A stretch of DNA of 64,000 bases from an uncultured archaeon (lineage in GTDB: Archaea > Asgardarchaeota > Lokiarchaeia > Sigyniarchaeales > SOKP01): positions 1-64,000 of the forward strand of contig CAYLZE010000002.1 in assembly GCA_964388035.1 (NCBI GenBank), read 5' to 3'. Below the pieces are notes generated by a model. That model did no database searches and was not told where the DNA came from. It saw only the letters and a program-made list of their open reading frames with translations. Numbering within the stretch: position 1 is the stretch's first letter; each line of letters begins with the position of its first letter. A program made the translations under genes and the position numbers. Of the stretch, positions 1 through 11,115 are shown one piece after another.

Positions 1-1278
1 AATAGCAGGAAAAATGAACATTAATGTTCTTAACCCGAAGATTATCTCTGGCGTCACCACATCAGGAGCAAAAACAGCCCATCCGACATTCGTGAACACG
101 GTGCTAATAGCGAGAAAAATCAGTATTGTAGTAAATCGCAAGAATAACGCATTGACTCCATAATATCCTGCTTCTCTTCGCATTCCAGTAGCAATTTCAT
201 CCTCGTCTACTATATCAGACACGACCAAATCAATTATATATAAAGACCCGCTAAGCCCCATTCCAATTAAAAAGAAGACGATAAGTCCTCCAATAAAGTT
301 ATTGATGAACATTAGTGGTGTTAAGGTTGCAATCCATAATGTCATGGATATCATCCAAGATTTTCGATTACCGATTTTTTCAACCAACGGCTTCCAGAGG
401 ATGGTGATGAAAAGAGCTGCAGAAATAAATGTAAATCCTAAGAGTAAAGATATTAAGAACGTGTCTTGAATGCCTAATACGAATTTCCCATACAGTGGAA
501 CTATTGTAGGTAACATGCCATAAACAAACCAATTGCAGATTTCTGATACCATGTACCATCTGAAGGATTTGTTCCTCACGCAAAATTTGATGTTTTCCAC
601 AAATCCAGGAGCATTCTTATGATCTGCACGAAATTCTGCTCGTTCTTTAGGGCCAAATTTTAAGAAAATTAATCCAAATGCAATAATGATAACCATGCAT
701 ACAATTCCAAAGATTTGATATTGGGGGAGACTTGCCGGGCTTGAATAATCCGAGATAAAAAAACTAGGTAAGATGAAGGCTACGATTAAACCAATTATGG
801 TAAAGACTTGTCTTACATTATTTGCCTTGGTTCTTTGGTCACTTAAAATAAAAACTTCAGGAAATAATGATGTTAAATTCAAGGAATACATCGTGTAAAA
901 GAGTTCAAAGAGAATAATTATTATAAGAAAATAAATAAAATTTGCCATCTCCGCGGGATTCCCAAGCATTTTGGGCGGTGTAAAAAGCCAGAACATTGTT
1001 ATTGCTAAAGGAATGAATGCTGCCATTATATATGGAATTCGACGCCCATATCTAGTACTTGTCCTGTCCGAAATAAACCCTAACAAGGGATCATTAAGAG
1101 CATTCCACACGCTCCAAATCATGAATCCTATACTTATTAACAGAACATTTATGCCTACTACGGCATAGTAGAAGGTGAATATTAAAAACGTAAACGTCTG
1201 ATACGCAGTGACATCTCCAATCTGGCCGAAACTGTAAAATATTGCTGACTTACCAATGTTATTTTCTTGTTCTTTCAT
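1..1278 (-). CDS. GPH-family (Na+/melibiose symporter-like) MFS transporter, runs off window start
   Basis: Not in the ORF track. Manual translation from ATG 1278: MKEQENNIGKSAIFYSFGQIG...WNALNDPLLGFISDRTSTRYGRRIPY...DEDEIATGMRREAGYYG; open to position 1. Confidence 0.9.
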   Translation of the reverse strand, partial: MKEQENNIGKSAIFYSFGQIGDVTAYQTFTFLIFTFYYAVVGINVLLISIGFMIWSVWNALNDPLLGFISDRTSTRYGRRIPYIMAAFIPLAITMFWLFTPPKMLGNPAEMANFIYFLIIIILFELFYTMYSLNLTSLFPEVFILSDQRTKANNVRQVFTIIGLIVAFILPSFFISDYSSPASLPQYQIFGIVCMVIIIAFGLIFLKFGPKERAEFRADHKNAPGFVENIKFCVRNKSFRWYMVSEICNWFVYGMLPTIVPLYGKFVLGIQDTFLISLLLGFTFISAALFITILWKPLVEKIGNRKSWMISMTLWIATLTPLMFINNFIGGLIVFFLIGMGLSGSLYIIDLVVSDIVDEDEIATGMRREAGYYGVNALFLRFTTILIFLAISTVFTNVGWAVFAPDVVTPEIIFGLRTLMFIFPAI

Positions 1279-1671
1279 GATAAAATCTATTTTATTTTTT
1301 AATTTTTATTTAATTGAAATTAAATGTTAAAATAATTAAAGCTTAATAAAAAATTCATAAAAGTCATAAAAAGATAAATTCCCAATTTTTTTTTCAAATT
1401 TTAAAAATCTCGACAGAAAAACCCACTCTGATAAATAAGGAATAAAAGTAAATATTTTTCAAAGAAAGAAATTTACCGTTATTTATAATTTAAATAAGGA
1501 AGAATCAGAGAATTTAATTAAGATATTAAATCGAGGTTTAAATGATAAAGCTAAGAAATTTGTAAAAGAATCTCTCAATTTTTACAATGAGATGACAAAA
1601 AAAAGCAACTTATCATAATTTAATTTATTGTTTAATATAATATTAGATTTCTTTCTAAAAATTTATAGATT

Positions 1672-2487
1672 CTAAGATTTGGAAAATCCTCCATGATGGA
1701 ATTCGATCCTGCAATCAATTCCATTTTTTTCACAGAAATTACGAATATCTGCTTCAATGATATTCCATCTTGAGGGATCCTCTCTAAACTGCTTGTATGT
1801 TTCCAGCAAGTTAGGATATTGTTCCTTAATTAATCGATAAATGCGAGGGATATTATGCGGGCGAAAATTAAGATTCTCGAACATGTAATAGTCCGTAAAA
1901 GTTGTCGATTGATTAATTATTTCCTGATAATTAGTTATTTCGGGTAAAAACGGAGAAATAAATATATATGTTTCTAACCCGTTATCATGAAGTTCTTTCA
2001 CGGCTTGTAATCGATCTTGAGGTCTTGAAGCTACGGGTTCCAGTAATCGGGAAAATCTTTCATTTAAAGTGCTGATGGAAACCCCTACTTCGATATTTTC
2101 AAATTTCTTGAATATATCAATGTCTCTCACAACAAGCTTAGACTTCGTAAGAATGGTGATGCTCGCTTTAGTACCCATGAGGGCTTCTAAGATTTTTCGG
2201 GTATTTTGACATTTAAGTTCTAAAGGAAGATAGGGATCGGTCACGGAACTCAATAGAATGGATTTTCCATCATATTTCCTTGGTTTAATTTTGGAAAAAT
2301 CATACGTTTTCACATCTATGAACTGCCCCCATTTATCTCCTTTATGGTTGGTAAACCGTTTCATAAATTCGGCATAACAATATATGCATCCGTGTTGGCA
2401 GCCAATATAGGGATTTATTACATAATCAATCCCCGGAATATTACTTTTTGTTAGTATGCTTTTGGCTTGTTTATAATTTATTTTCAT
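1672..2487 (-). CDS. Radical SAM protein, SplB/DNA-repair photolyase-like
   Basis: INPYIGCQHGCIYCYA (CxxxCxxC), SSVTDPY, ILTKS motifs. Confidence 0.85.
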   Translation of the reverse strand: MKINYKQAKSILTKSNIPGIDYVINPYIGCQHGCIYCYAEFMKRFTNHKGDKWGQFIDVKTYDFSKIKPRKYDGKSILLSSVTDPYLPLELKCQNTRKILEALMGTKASITILTKSKLVVRDIDIFKKFENIEVGVSISTLNERFSRLLEPVASRPQDRLQAVKELHDNGLETYIFISPFLPEITNYQEIINQSTTFTDYYMFENLNFRPHNIPRIYRLIKEQYPNLLETYKQFREDPSRWNIIEADIRNFCEKNGIDCRIEFHHGGFSKS

Positions 2488-2592
2488 TAGAAATTAATGC
2501 ATTTCAAAATTTGACGTTAAAAAATAAAATATATAAAAAAAAATGAATATCCTTTTACCATCTTAAATTTTAATAATATAATAAATCCTTGC

Positions 2593-3105
2593 CTAAATAT
2601 TCTCCATTGAATTTCCATAAATATTTAAGGAAAATAGTTCATTGAAAGATTTTCTCGATCTCGCTGGTGGATCTTCATCCGCAATTCCAATAGGTAAAAG
2701 AGCTACGATTTCAAAACCAATAGGAATTTTAAAAAGCTCTTTTATTTTGTCATGATCAAAGGATCCAATCCAAATTGTTCCATATCCTAATTCTGTTGCT
2801 TGTAGGATCATCTGTTGAAATGCTATGGTTAAATCAACTTTATACCATTTCTCTCGCTCTAGCTTACCCAAACCAATGATTACGATCGAAGCATCCGAAA
2901 TAAATATTTGATGAGAAGCTAATTTACCTAATTTTTTCTTTAGTTCGGAATCCTGCACGATGATGAAGTGGTATGGCTGTTGATTGGAAGCAGAAGGGGC
3001 TAATTGAGCAGCTTGAAAGATCATCTTTAAATGATCCAAAGGGATCTCTCCTTGCTTAAATTTCCGTATACTTTTACGTTTTTTAATGATTTCTGATACA
3101 TTCAT
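2593..3105 (-). CDS. Nitroreductase family protein
   Basis: RKSIRKF, APSASNQQP, ATELGYGTIWIG. Confidence 0.9.
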   Translation of the reverse strand: MNVSEIIKKRKSIRKFKQGEIPLDHLKMIFQAAQLAPSASNQQPYHFIIVQDSELKKKLGKLASHQIFISDASIVIIGLGKLEREKWYKVDLTIAFQQMILQATELGYGTIWIGSFDHDKIKELFKIPIGFEIVALLPIGIADEDPPARSRKSFNELFSLNIYGNSMENI

Positions 3106-3142
3106 ATATATTCCCTATTTCCTCTTAATTTTTATTAAGATA

Positions 3143-3700
3143 CTATTCTTCATGAAGTTTAATGATTGCGATAAGGTCTAAAATTCTTGAAAAGTCCGTA
3201 GATTCCGGATCATCCTCTTTCGGATTCCAGCCAAATAATAATTGAGCAGCCCTGCCAAATCTGGAAACGTATGTTTTCATTATCTCTGTCTTCTGATTCA
3301 TATCCTCAAGTATCTCAACACGGGGTTTAAACGTATAAAAGCCCTTTTTTACCAATACATCATCGGGATAAGCACGTAAATTTTTCACCCAAACTGATTT
3401 CTCACCGAATGCTGAAAAAATAGTAATAATTCCATTGAACGTTCGGTATTCCAAGGGAGTCCTTCTCTTTTTGCCGGATTTTACGCTTTTAGTTGTCAAT
3501 AGGAGGATCACTTTCCCAATTCCGAAGAGAGGTAAAATATTTGCTCTATACAAGGGGATCATGAAATATTTATTTAACCCTTGCCATCTTTTTAGCTTCT
3601 TTTTCCTTGATTCCGCATCTTGAAAATGAAAATTGTACATCGTCGATCCCTCTCGTGGCAATTCTCCTCCATTCTCTTCTTTTTTATCTTCTTCGGCCAT
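3143..3700 (-). CDS. Deazaflavin (F420)-dependent nitroreductase family (DDN-like)
   Basis: LLLTTKSVKSGKKRRTPL and WVKNLRAYP motifs. Confidence 0.8.
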   Translation of the reverse strand: MAEEDKKEENGGELPREGSTMYNFHFQDAESRKKKLKRWQGLNKYFMIPLYRANILPLFGIGKVILLLTTKSVKSGKKRRTPLEYRTFNGIITIFSAFGEKSVWVKNLRAYPDDVLVKKGFYTFKPRVEILEDMNQKTEIMKTYVSRFGRAAQLLFGWNPKEDDPESTDFSRILDLIAIIKLHEE

Positions 3701-3897
3701 CTATTCTCCACGGTTTATATATTATTTAATAATTTAAAAAGTGAATATGAGTTCTAATTAATATACTTTTTTAACATAAATAGAAAAACATTCGACAAGA
3801 ATTCATGCAATTTATTTATTTTATGCACTTCTAAGGAAATTAGAAAAGTTTCCATGTTTCGAGGCACTATATTAATCCTACTTTAAAATAAAAAAAA

Positions 3898-4338
3898 TCA
3901 ATTAGTCTCTTCTAATTTATCCATCCAACCTAATATTTCTTTTTCAATATTGGGGAAATCTTGAGATAGCTGACGTAATCCTTCAAATAATAGCTTATAG
4001 TTAATATTATTGTATTGATGAACCAAAATATTTCTCATTTTTATCATTTGACTTGCTTTTATTGTTGTTTCTGGTTTTAAAATCCCTAATTTTCCAAGCA
4101 ATTTCATGCAATCAGAGTATGAATTTGGAGGGGATTCATTTGATTGTGCAATAATGTGAGTGCATACATCCAGCAAAGTCTGAGTTAATACTTCAAATAA
4201 ACGTTCTGCCTTAAGTTGGAGATCCAAATCCTCCTCTAAAGCTTTGACATCATTTTCATTAATGAGTTCAATCAGTTTATTAATATATTTTTTACTTGTC
4301 AAGAATTTTTCTTTAATTCGCAATTTATTAATCGACAT
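3898..4338 (-). CDS. hepT: HEPN (DUF86/HepT-like) ribonuclease toxin
   Basis: RNILVHQY = RX4HXY; directly downstream of an MNT gene. Confidence 0.85.
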   Translation of the reverse strand: MSINKLRIKEKFLTSKKYINKLIELINENDVKALEEDLDLQLKAERLFEVLTQTLLDVCTHIIAQSNESPPNSYSDCMKLLGKLGILKPETTIKASQMIKMRNILVHQYNNINYKLLFEGLRQLSQDFPNIEKEILGWMDKLEETN

Positions 4339-4347
4339 TTGATTGAA

Positions 4348-4764
4348 TCACCTAAAGGAATGAGAATATTTCGATTGATTTATAAGGGATTTATACCAAA
4401 TTATATGATCATAATATCGGGGAAGTAATTTTTCTAAAAATTGCTTTCTTTCATCAGTATTTTTTTCAAATATGACTATACCATCTGAAATTACATTAAA
4501 TTGAACGTGTAAAGGCATTGTTTCCAAGATAGATATCTCAACGTTTTCATAACCAGTTAAGTCTGTTGCTTCTTGGTTCAGAGTTGCTAATAAATTTAAT
4601 TGTTCTTTTGGACTTATTTTTTTAAAGCTGGGGATAGAAACAAAAATGTCTATATCACTCCACCAAGCATTGCAATTTCTTGCCCACGAGCCTCCCAGAT
4701 ACGCAAACTCAACAGAAGCAGATTTAAAAAGTTCTGCGAGTGATTTCTTTAATTGATTTGCCAA
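4348..4764 (-). CDS. mntA: Minimal nucleotidyltransferase antitoxin (MntA-like)
   Basis: GSWARNCNAWWSDID = GSX10DXD; 9 bp upstream of the HEPN gene. Confidence 0.85.
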   Translation of the reverse strand: MANQLKKSLAELFKSASVEFAYLGGSWARNCNAWWSDIDIFVSIPSFKKISPKEQLNLLATLNQEATDLTGYENVEISILETMPLHVQFNVISDGIVIFEKNTDERKQFLEKLLPRYYDHIIWYKSLINQSKYSHSFR

Positions 4765-5642
4765 ATCCCGTGCAGATAATTTTATATTATTATCTTGATT
4801 AAAAATGTTCTATTCCTCCGAAAAATCAATCAGACTCCTTCTACATTATAGAATTACTTTTTCTTATTTAAATTTTTAACTCTTTTTACAATTAAAAAGA
4901 ACACGATCAGTATTCAACTATAATTTAACCTTTAATAGAGTAGACTCGATTAAATATCAAAAAGATTTAATTTGCATAATCTGAGATTTTATAATTAACA
5001 TGTTATAATTGAATAAAATTATTTGTTAAGAAACTTACTGAGAAATATAATGAATGTAACAAGCTTTCTTCGAATAAGATCTGTTAATTCTGGTTGTCCT
5101 AATGAAGAGAAAAAAAAATGGGAATTAAATAAAAATTTATTTTTTTATGGAATATAGAAACATGTATAATGATATAACTAACAAGGGAACGTGAAGTGTG
5201 GTTAACCACCATGAATTCATGAGATTGGAAATCCCAAGATACAGGGTAATGATTCCAAAATAAATCCCGATGAAGCTCGTTACTCTGATGGTTGTTTATT
5301 TAAATTTTCTATAACTTCTGTTGATCCTTTTCTAAAGCCATGATTTTAATTTGTACTATTAATTTTTAAAGATAAGAAAAATAATTGATATTTAAAGCTT
5401 GGTAATTTTTAAGAGGAAAATAGACAAAATTGGAGCAATAAATTTACCTTTCTCTGTGACTATTCAACGATTTTAAATTTATTATTCAAATTTTGATTAA
5501 AAAAGTCTTGAAAAATAGGATAAGAGATTGAGACGAGCTCTCAATACATGGTTAAATATTTAGAAGGAATTAGTAATATTTACTCAAATACATTCTTATA
5601 GAATAAGTAAATACATCATTAAAAAAAGTTAAGAGAAAAAAA

Positions 5643-6149
5643 GTGGAAAAGAAAAAAGTTTATGCGGTCATTGGAGCAATTGTTATTGTTATGGCAAATC
5701 TGCTTGCCGTTATTCTTTTATATCCTCCCGTGCTTACCGTTGAAGGGTCTGGTGTCACTCAAAATAAAACCTACAACCTCGCTGATTTAGAATCAACTCA
5801 ATATGATCAAGTCACGAATGGCTATTTTAAATATAAAAATGATGAAGAAATTAGTAAAGTGGAAAAGTATTCTGGCTTGAGTGTATGGAGCCTACTTGCT
5901 CCAATAATTAAAGGAGATCCTAATACATTAACCGTTACAATAACAGCATCTACTGGTTATTCTCAGCGATTAAGTCTAAGCGTGATTCAAGCTGCAGGCA
6001 TAAAAATTATTCTTGCTTATGGTGGAGATAGTTTTGATGCTGCTCAAGATGGCACAATTAAACTAATCGTAGATCAGAGTGTTTTGGGTCCAAACGCAGT
6101 TAATAGTCATCTTTGGATAAGGGACGTCGTTTCCATAACAGTAGCATGA
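5643..6149 (+). CDS. Membrane-anchored protein, molybdopterin-oxidoreductase-like fold
   Basis: N-terminal TM helix; YSGLSVWSLL, ASTGY, IILAY, G-x-IKLIV, WIRDVVSITV pattern. Confidence 0.6.
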   Translation: MEKKKVYAVIGAIVIVMANLLAVILLYPPVLTVEGSGVTQNKTYNLADLESTQYDQVTNGYFKYKNDEEISKVEKYSGLSVWSLLAPIIKGDPNTLTVTITASTGYSQRLSLSVIQAAGIKIILAYGGDSFDAAQDGTIKLIVDQSVLGPNAVNSHLWIRDVVSITVA

Positions 6150-6281
6150 AATTCTTTTATTTTTTTAATATTCAATAAAATTTTCTTTTTTCTTATTCTT
6201 AGTATTTTAATAAAATAGCATTAGCAAAAGCTTCTTGATTTAAACTTCTATCAACAAATTAGAAAAAAAAAGGGGAATTAA

Positions 6282-7700
6282 TTAAAAACCTAATTGTTTC
6301 AATTTATCTTTATTCTCTTGGACTTTTTCAGGAGTTAGAGGATAGATTCGCCAAAAAATTAAAGTACCAATAAATAGAATAATCGCCGGAATAATTCCTA
6401 ATAGATATCGGATTCCCCATAATATCGGCGTTACATCCACAACCGCGACTACTAATGCTTCATAGGTATCATAGCCCGCTACAAATCCAGTGGCACCAAA
6501 AACCGCCGCAATAACTAATTCATCGAGAAAAGCTGTCACTAATCCAAAGATTGCCCAAGTCCCAATTAATAATCCTTTTTGGTTTTTTTTCGTGCGTACC
6601 ACGTAATCATCTTGAACGTTCGAGAGTATCCATGGAATACCCATTGTCCACACCGAGCCCATAAAAAATCCAGTAATAAATAAGAAAATACTGAGATCTA
6701 TCATTGTTTGAAAGAGAGTAAGCGGTATGAGCGCAGCACATAAGATAAAACTCCCCATGATATAGACTTTCCGGTTATTATTTGTCTTTCTGGTTAGTTT
6801 AATCCAAAAAGGTACAGAAATCAAGGATCCTGTCAAGAAGATAGCAAATAGAACGGTCATCATATCGGCGGAAGTCCTTAAAACAAAGGTTGTAATATAT
6901 ACAACCATTGCCGTCATTATTGTAGTAGCTATGCCAAAGCAAGAATAATGGATAAAGAAACCGATAAAGCTCCTCTGCTTTATAACCTCTAGTATGCCTT
7001 TAAAAAAAGGCATTCGTTCATATTCGGTTGAAAAATAACGATCAATGATAATTTTATCTTCACGAGCTCCCGGTAGGAATAAAATCCCACAAACAAGGGA
7101 AATTGCTGCGATTAAAATGCCCATGATGGTATATGCCATCTTACCAGTACTAAATCCAATCAATAGGGGGGGTACTGTCATTCCAATCACTTGCGCTACC
7201 ATATCAAATGGTCCGAAATAGGAGGAATATTTTCTTCTCTCAATTTCAGATCTAAATTTATCTGCTCTAAGGGTCGACACGTTAACATCCGCTAAGGTAC
7301 CAAAGGTATCCGTGAGAAGTAGCGCCATCATTAACCACCAAAAAGCAGGTAAAGGATGATTGGGATCAATATCGGGGGCGGAAAAAAGAAGGATGAACGT
7401 GAGGGGCCAAAAAATGATACCTATGAGGATCCAGGGAAAGCGTCGGCCCCACTTCCGGGTCCATTTTAAATTCCTGTCCGTTAAATAACCGATAATTGGA
7501 TCATTCAATGAAGCCCAAACAGTAGTTATTGCCGTAGCCAGGAAAATAAACCATGGATCCAGACCCACAACAGCGTGATAATAAAAAAATAAGAATAAAT
7601 TTTGCGAAGAGAACAAGATTGTCCAAGTAAATTGATAACTTCCAAATGATAAATAAGTTTTTCTAGAATGTCTATTAGACTGAATTTCTAATTCATTCAT
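6282..7700 (-). CDS. GPH-family MFS transporter
   Basis: NDPIIGYLTDR...WGRRFPW; about 12 hydrophobic segments. Confidence 0.9.
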   Translation of the reverse strand: MNELEIQSNRHSRKTYLSFGSYQFTWTILFSSQNLFLFFYYHAVVGLDPWFIFLATAITTVWASLNDPIIGYLTDRNLKWTRKWGRRFPWILIGIIFWPLTFILLFSAPDIDPNHPLPAFWWLMMALLLTDTFGTLADVNVSTLRADKFRSEIERRKYSSYFGPFDMVAQVIGMTVPPLLIGFSTGKMAYTIMGILIAAISLVCGILFLPGAREDKIIIDRYFSTEYERMPFFKGILEVIKQRSFIGFFIHYSCFGIATTIMTAMVVYITTFVLRTSADMMTVLFAIFLTGSLISVPFWIKLTRKTNNNRKVYIMGSFILCAALIPLTLFQTMIDLSIFLFITGFFMGSVWTMGIPWILSNVQDDYVVRTKKNQKGLLIGTWAIFGLVTAFLDELVIAAVFGATGFVAGYDTYEALVVAVVDVTPILWGIRYLLGIIPAIILFIGTLIFWRIYPLTPEKVQENKDKLKQLGF

Positions 7701-7963
7701 TAAATTGTCTCCCTATATCCTTTTAATCATTAACGATAGTTTAGGTATAATAAAATTTGATCTGATTCTATTTAAAGATAATGCTTCCGCATAACTATAG
7801 CAATAGTGATATTATTGGGATAGCCCATTTTATTCAAAAAACAATTATTTTGCATTCATGTTAACATTCTTTTCTTCTAGAATAAATAAAGGAAAGACCG
7901 GCTTATTGATTATTTTTTGCTAAAAAATTGGTTATTAAAACAAGGGCAATGGATTGACTCATA

Positions 7964-9646
7964 CTATACTTTAGGAGGGATTATTTTAGGAATTTTAAAT
8001 GAAAAAACACTCCCTTTTCCCAAGCTACTTTGGAACTCTATAGTTCCGCCGTGCAAATTAACGAGCTTTTTGGCTAAGGCCAATCCTAAGCCATTTCCGG
8101 GAATTGAATTAACGATGGGAGAATCGATTCTTTGGAATTCTTTGAAAATAAGGTCTTTATCTTTTTCTGCTATCCCTATTCCCGTATCTTTAACCGAAAA
8201 GATCCAGAAATCATCCTCATCTAAAACTTCTAGCGTGATACTTCCTTTCAAGGTAAATTTCACGGCATTATTTAATAAATTCGTTAATATTTGTTTGATC
8301 CTAATGGGATCGGCATATATTTCATCCACATCGTTAGAAAGTTTAATATTAAATTCTAATTCTTTTTGATTTAACATTGTTATCATGAGTGAATTAATTT
8401 GGTTTAACATGACTTGAATTTTTATCTTTTCAATTTTTAATTCTAATTTACCTGATTCGATTTTTGAAATATCTAAAATTTTACTTATCATTTCCAATAA
8501 AAGGTTTGAAGATTCTTTAATATCCTTGAGGAATTCTAGCTGCTCTCTATTTAATTTTCCATAAAGTCCTTCCAATAACAATTCCGTGAACCCTATAATG
8601 GCGTTTAGAGGAGTTCTCAATTCGTGAGACATTCTCGCCATGAAATCCGATTTAAACGCCGAAGCTTTTATAATTTCTGCCAAATATAAACTTTGGCGCG
8701 CGACTAAATCATTAAGCTCTTTTGTTCTTCTTTTTACTTCTTCTTCAAGCTTTTCTCTAAATTTTTTTTCAATTAATTCATTCTCTTTCCGTTGAGTAAT
8801 ATCTCGTATCATGCCAAAATATCCTACAAGATGTTCGTTGGAATCTTTTTTTATCGAAATTGTGGTCTCAAAAAATTTTCTTTTTTCATTCTTCTTAGTT
8901 ATTTGAATTTGCTTATTTTTATATCTTATACCCTCCTCATTTGATTCTGGACCTACTAAAAGATCTTCAGCAATGAATTCTTTATAATTTTTTCCTAATA
9001 ATTCACTGGAATCAATATTTAAAAGTTTACTTAAAGATTGATTAAAGAATGTTATATTTCCATCCAAATCTATTTCAAAATATCCTTCAATAATGCTTTC
9101 TATTATCTCTCTATATTTTTTTTCACTTTTTTTTAATAATTCAACACTTTTTTGTAACATGTCTAAATCCTCTTTTTTTTGAGACATGCTCCATAAACGG
9201 ATCTCAGGTATTTTTGAAGTAAAATCTTCAAGTTTTGATCTGGATGTAGATAATTCCTCTTCCAATCTTTTTTTATCTTTTACATTTCGTGCAATGCATA
9301 GGATCAATTCTTTTTCTTCCCGGTTTAACCTCATGCTATATCCTTCCACGGGGATTTTTTCACCTTTTATTGCTTGCAATATATACTCAAGTTCGGATCT
9401 TTCTTTTATAAGAGAAGTATAAAATGATTTTTTCTGCTTTTCATTCTTATATTGATTTTTATCGAGTATATCAAATATTGGTTTATCAATAATCTCTTTC
9501 TTATTTTTAAATTTAAGGGCTTTAAGTAGGGTGTCATTAACATCAAGAAGATTACCTTGGAGATCCATTAAAAATATTAGATCTGGAGAAATATCAAAAA
9601 AGTGTTTAAATTCTGATGAAATATCTCGCCAAATATCGAATGTCAA
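7964..9646 (-). CDS. Soluble PAS-PAS histidine kinase
   Basis: H-box MSHELRTPLN, N-box NLLNNAVKFT, DTGIG, GNGLGL; no TM segment. Confidence 0.95.
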   Translation of the reverse strand: MTFDIWRDISSEFKHFFDISPDLIFLMDLQGNLLDVNDTLLKALKFKNKKEIIDKPIFDILDKNQYKNEKQKKSFYTSLIKERSELEYILQAIKGEKIPVEGYSMRLNREEKELILCIARNVKDKKRLEEELSTSRSKLEDFTSKIPEIRLWSMSQKKEDLDMLQKSVELLKKSEKKYREIIESIIEGYFEIDLDGNITFFNQSLSKLLNIDSSELLGKNYKEFIAEDLLVGPESNEEGIRYKNKQIQITKKNEKRKFFETTISIKKDSNEHLVGYFGMIRDITQRKENELIEKKFREKLEEEVKRRTKELNDLVARQSLYLAEIIKASAFKSDFMARMSHELRTPLNAIIGFTELLLEGLYGKLNREQLEFLKDIKESSNLLLEMISKILDISKIESGKLELKIEKIKIQVMLNQINSLMITMLNQKELEFNIKLSNDVDEIYADPIRIKQILTNLLNNAVKFTLKGSITLEVLDEDDFWIFSVKDTGIGIAEKDKDLIFKEFQRIDSPIVNSIPGNGLGLALAKKLVNLHGGTIEFQSSLGKGSVFSFKIPKIIPPKV

Positions 9647-9810
9647 TTGTATTATCTCTTATATATTGAATTATTAATGATTGCTAATCTTGAAAATATA
9701 AACATCTTAACCTCAATTTTTGTTTCTCATGTATATTATCATTTTCCATCATATAAAGGGATATAAACCTCATTTTAATGATACATGTTGTATCTTGATG
9801 AATTTTCTTT

Positions 9811-10548
9811 TTAATTTTTAATTATTCTTAAATAACCTAAATAACCCGAAATGTCTCCTATTAAAACAAAAATCCAAGAGAGAAAATAAAAAATTGTAAA
9901 TCCAAACGAACCGAGAAATATATAAATACGATCAATTGATATGCATAATAAAACAAGAATATAGCTTAGTGCCATAATAAATAAGGATAAAAAAGCTTTC
10001 TTAAAGTGCGAACGGGAAGCGCTTTTATATGTCTTGAACGCTTTTATCATAAATGGAAAGTATACAATAACCATGTATCCAAAAACGGAGATAAAAACAA
10101 TTAAATCAAAAACCAACACTTCTTTTTGAAAAATAAACAATGAAATAAAAATATTAATTCCGTTATATAGCATATTTCCATATGAATAACGCCTTTCTTG
10201 TTCGCTATAAAATATCTTATCTTTCAAGTAATAGGAAAAGAAAATTGCATTAGATATAAAGACAAACGTAATTCTAAAATAGGAAATTCGTAATAAAATC
10301 CAAGATGCAGGAGTTAGAGGATCTGGCACGGTTTCATGTAAAACATAATCCATTTTTGAAAAAAGGCTCAAATATTTCGAATACCAAGAAAATAGAATGG
10401 CTAAAAAAAAATTAAGAAAAGTTAGAAACAAGAAAAGAGCTATTGCCTTCCTATTTTTAACATAGTTTAGTAGGCTTGCGATTACGATGGGTATTGTAAT
10501 TATAATTACAATTCCCTCATAGACAAGACCAATAAGATAATAGTTCAT
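9811..10548 (-). CDS. Multi-pass (about 7 TM) membrane protein of unknown function
   Basis: About seven hydrophobic stretches; co-oriented just upstream of the kinase. Confidence 0.7.
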   Translation of the reverse strand: MNYYLIGLVYEGIVIIITIPIVIASLLNYVKNRKAIALFLFLTFLNFFLAILFSWYSKYLSLFSKMDYVLHETVPDPLTPASWILLRISYFRITFVFISNAIFFSYYLKDKIFYSEQERRYSYGNMLYNGINIFISLFIFQKEVLVFDLIVFISVFGYMVIVYFPFMIKAFKTYKSASRSHFKKAFLSLFIMALSYILVLLCISIDRIYIFLGSFGFTIFYFLSWIFVLIGDISGYLGYLRIIKN

Positions 10549-11115
10549 TATTATACTGATTAATTGTTATTTCAATAATATAAAATATTTCCTTCTTCAG
10601 CAATAATTTCACTGATTTTTAAATATTATCGCATTCTATTATTTATGATGGACATTATATCCTCAATATGTATTTCTTGTTGCTCTAATTGTTTCTTTAA
10701 TTCTCATTTCACGCAGTCTGAAAGTAGTATCTCCTGATTCATCATATCTTTTTGTCCAAAATTTAAAACTATTCTTTTTTAATATAAAGATTTTATAATT
10801 TTGATATAAATCTATGTTTTTTTTGAAGCAAGTTAAGTAGTTATCATCATTCCGTGGAAAATAAGGAAATAAAGGATAAGTTTATAAAAGAAATATGTTT
10901 AAAAATAGATTCTTTTATTATGTATTACAAGAAATGATTTAAAATTATAGATTTTACAAAAAATTGATTCGCTGTTAATTCCAAATTAGATAAAAAATGT
11001 ATTCATATGTTCAATTCCTTTCAGTTGGATCTTTGACTTTTTTAAATTCAAATGGACTAATTTTAAAAATGAGTGGAGATCAAGACTTCATTTCCTAAAA
11101 GGTAGTGTAATTTTA

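Noticed and set aside
380-1168. Short track ORFs 380..583 and 971..1168
   Set aside because: They lie within the GPH transporter reading frame 1..1278
1440-1618. Open frame of about 58 codons (KFTVIYNLNKEESENLIKILNRG...)
   Set aside because: No canonical start codon and no recognisable family; could be a small gene or relic but is unsupported
5130-5300. Minus-strand hydrophobic frame (…SWWLTTLHVPLLVISLY…)
   Set aside because: Possibly a membrane-protein relic, but no start codon and no confident family
5527-5545. ATTGAGA-N5-TCTCAAT inverted repeat, and TCTTGAA-N3-TTCAAGA at 59441-59457
   Set aside because: Short single occurrences; cannot be distinguished from chance without comparative data
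7917-8369. 150-aa plus-strand ORF, and similar antisense ORFs at 13092, 16180, 18355, 23901, 25560, 28249 and 62776
   Set aside because: Shadow frames antisense to clear kinase, receiver or SDR genes; their mutual similarity only reflects conserved sense-strand motifs
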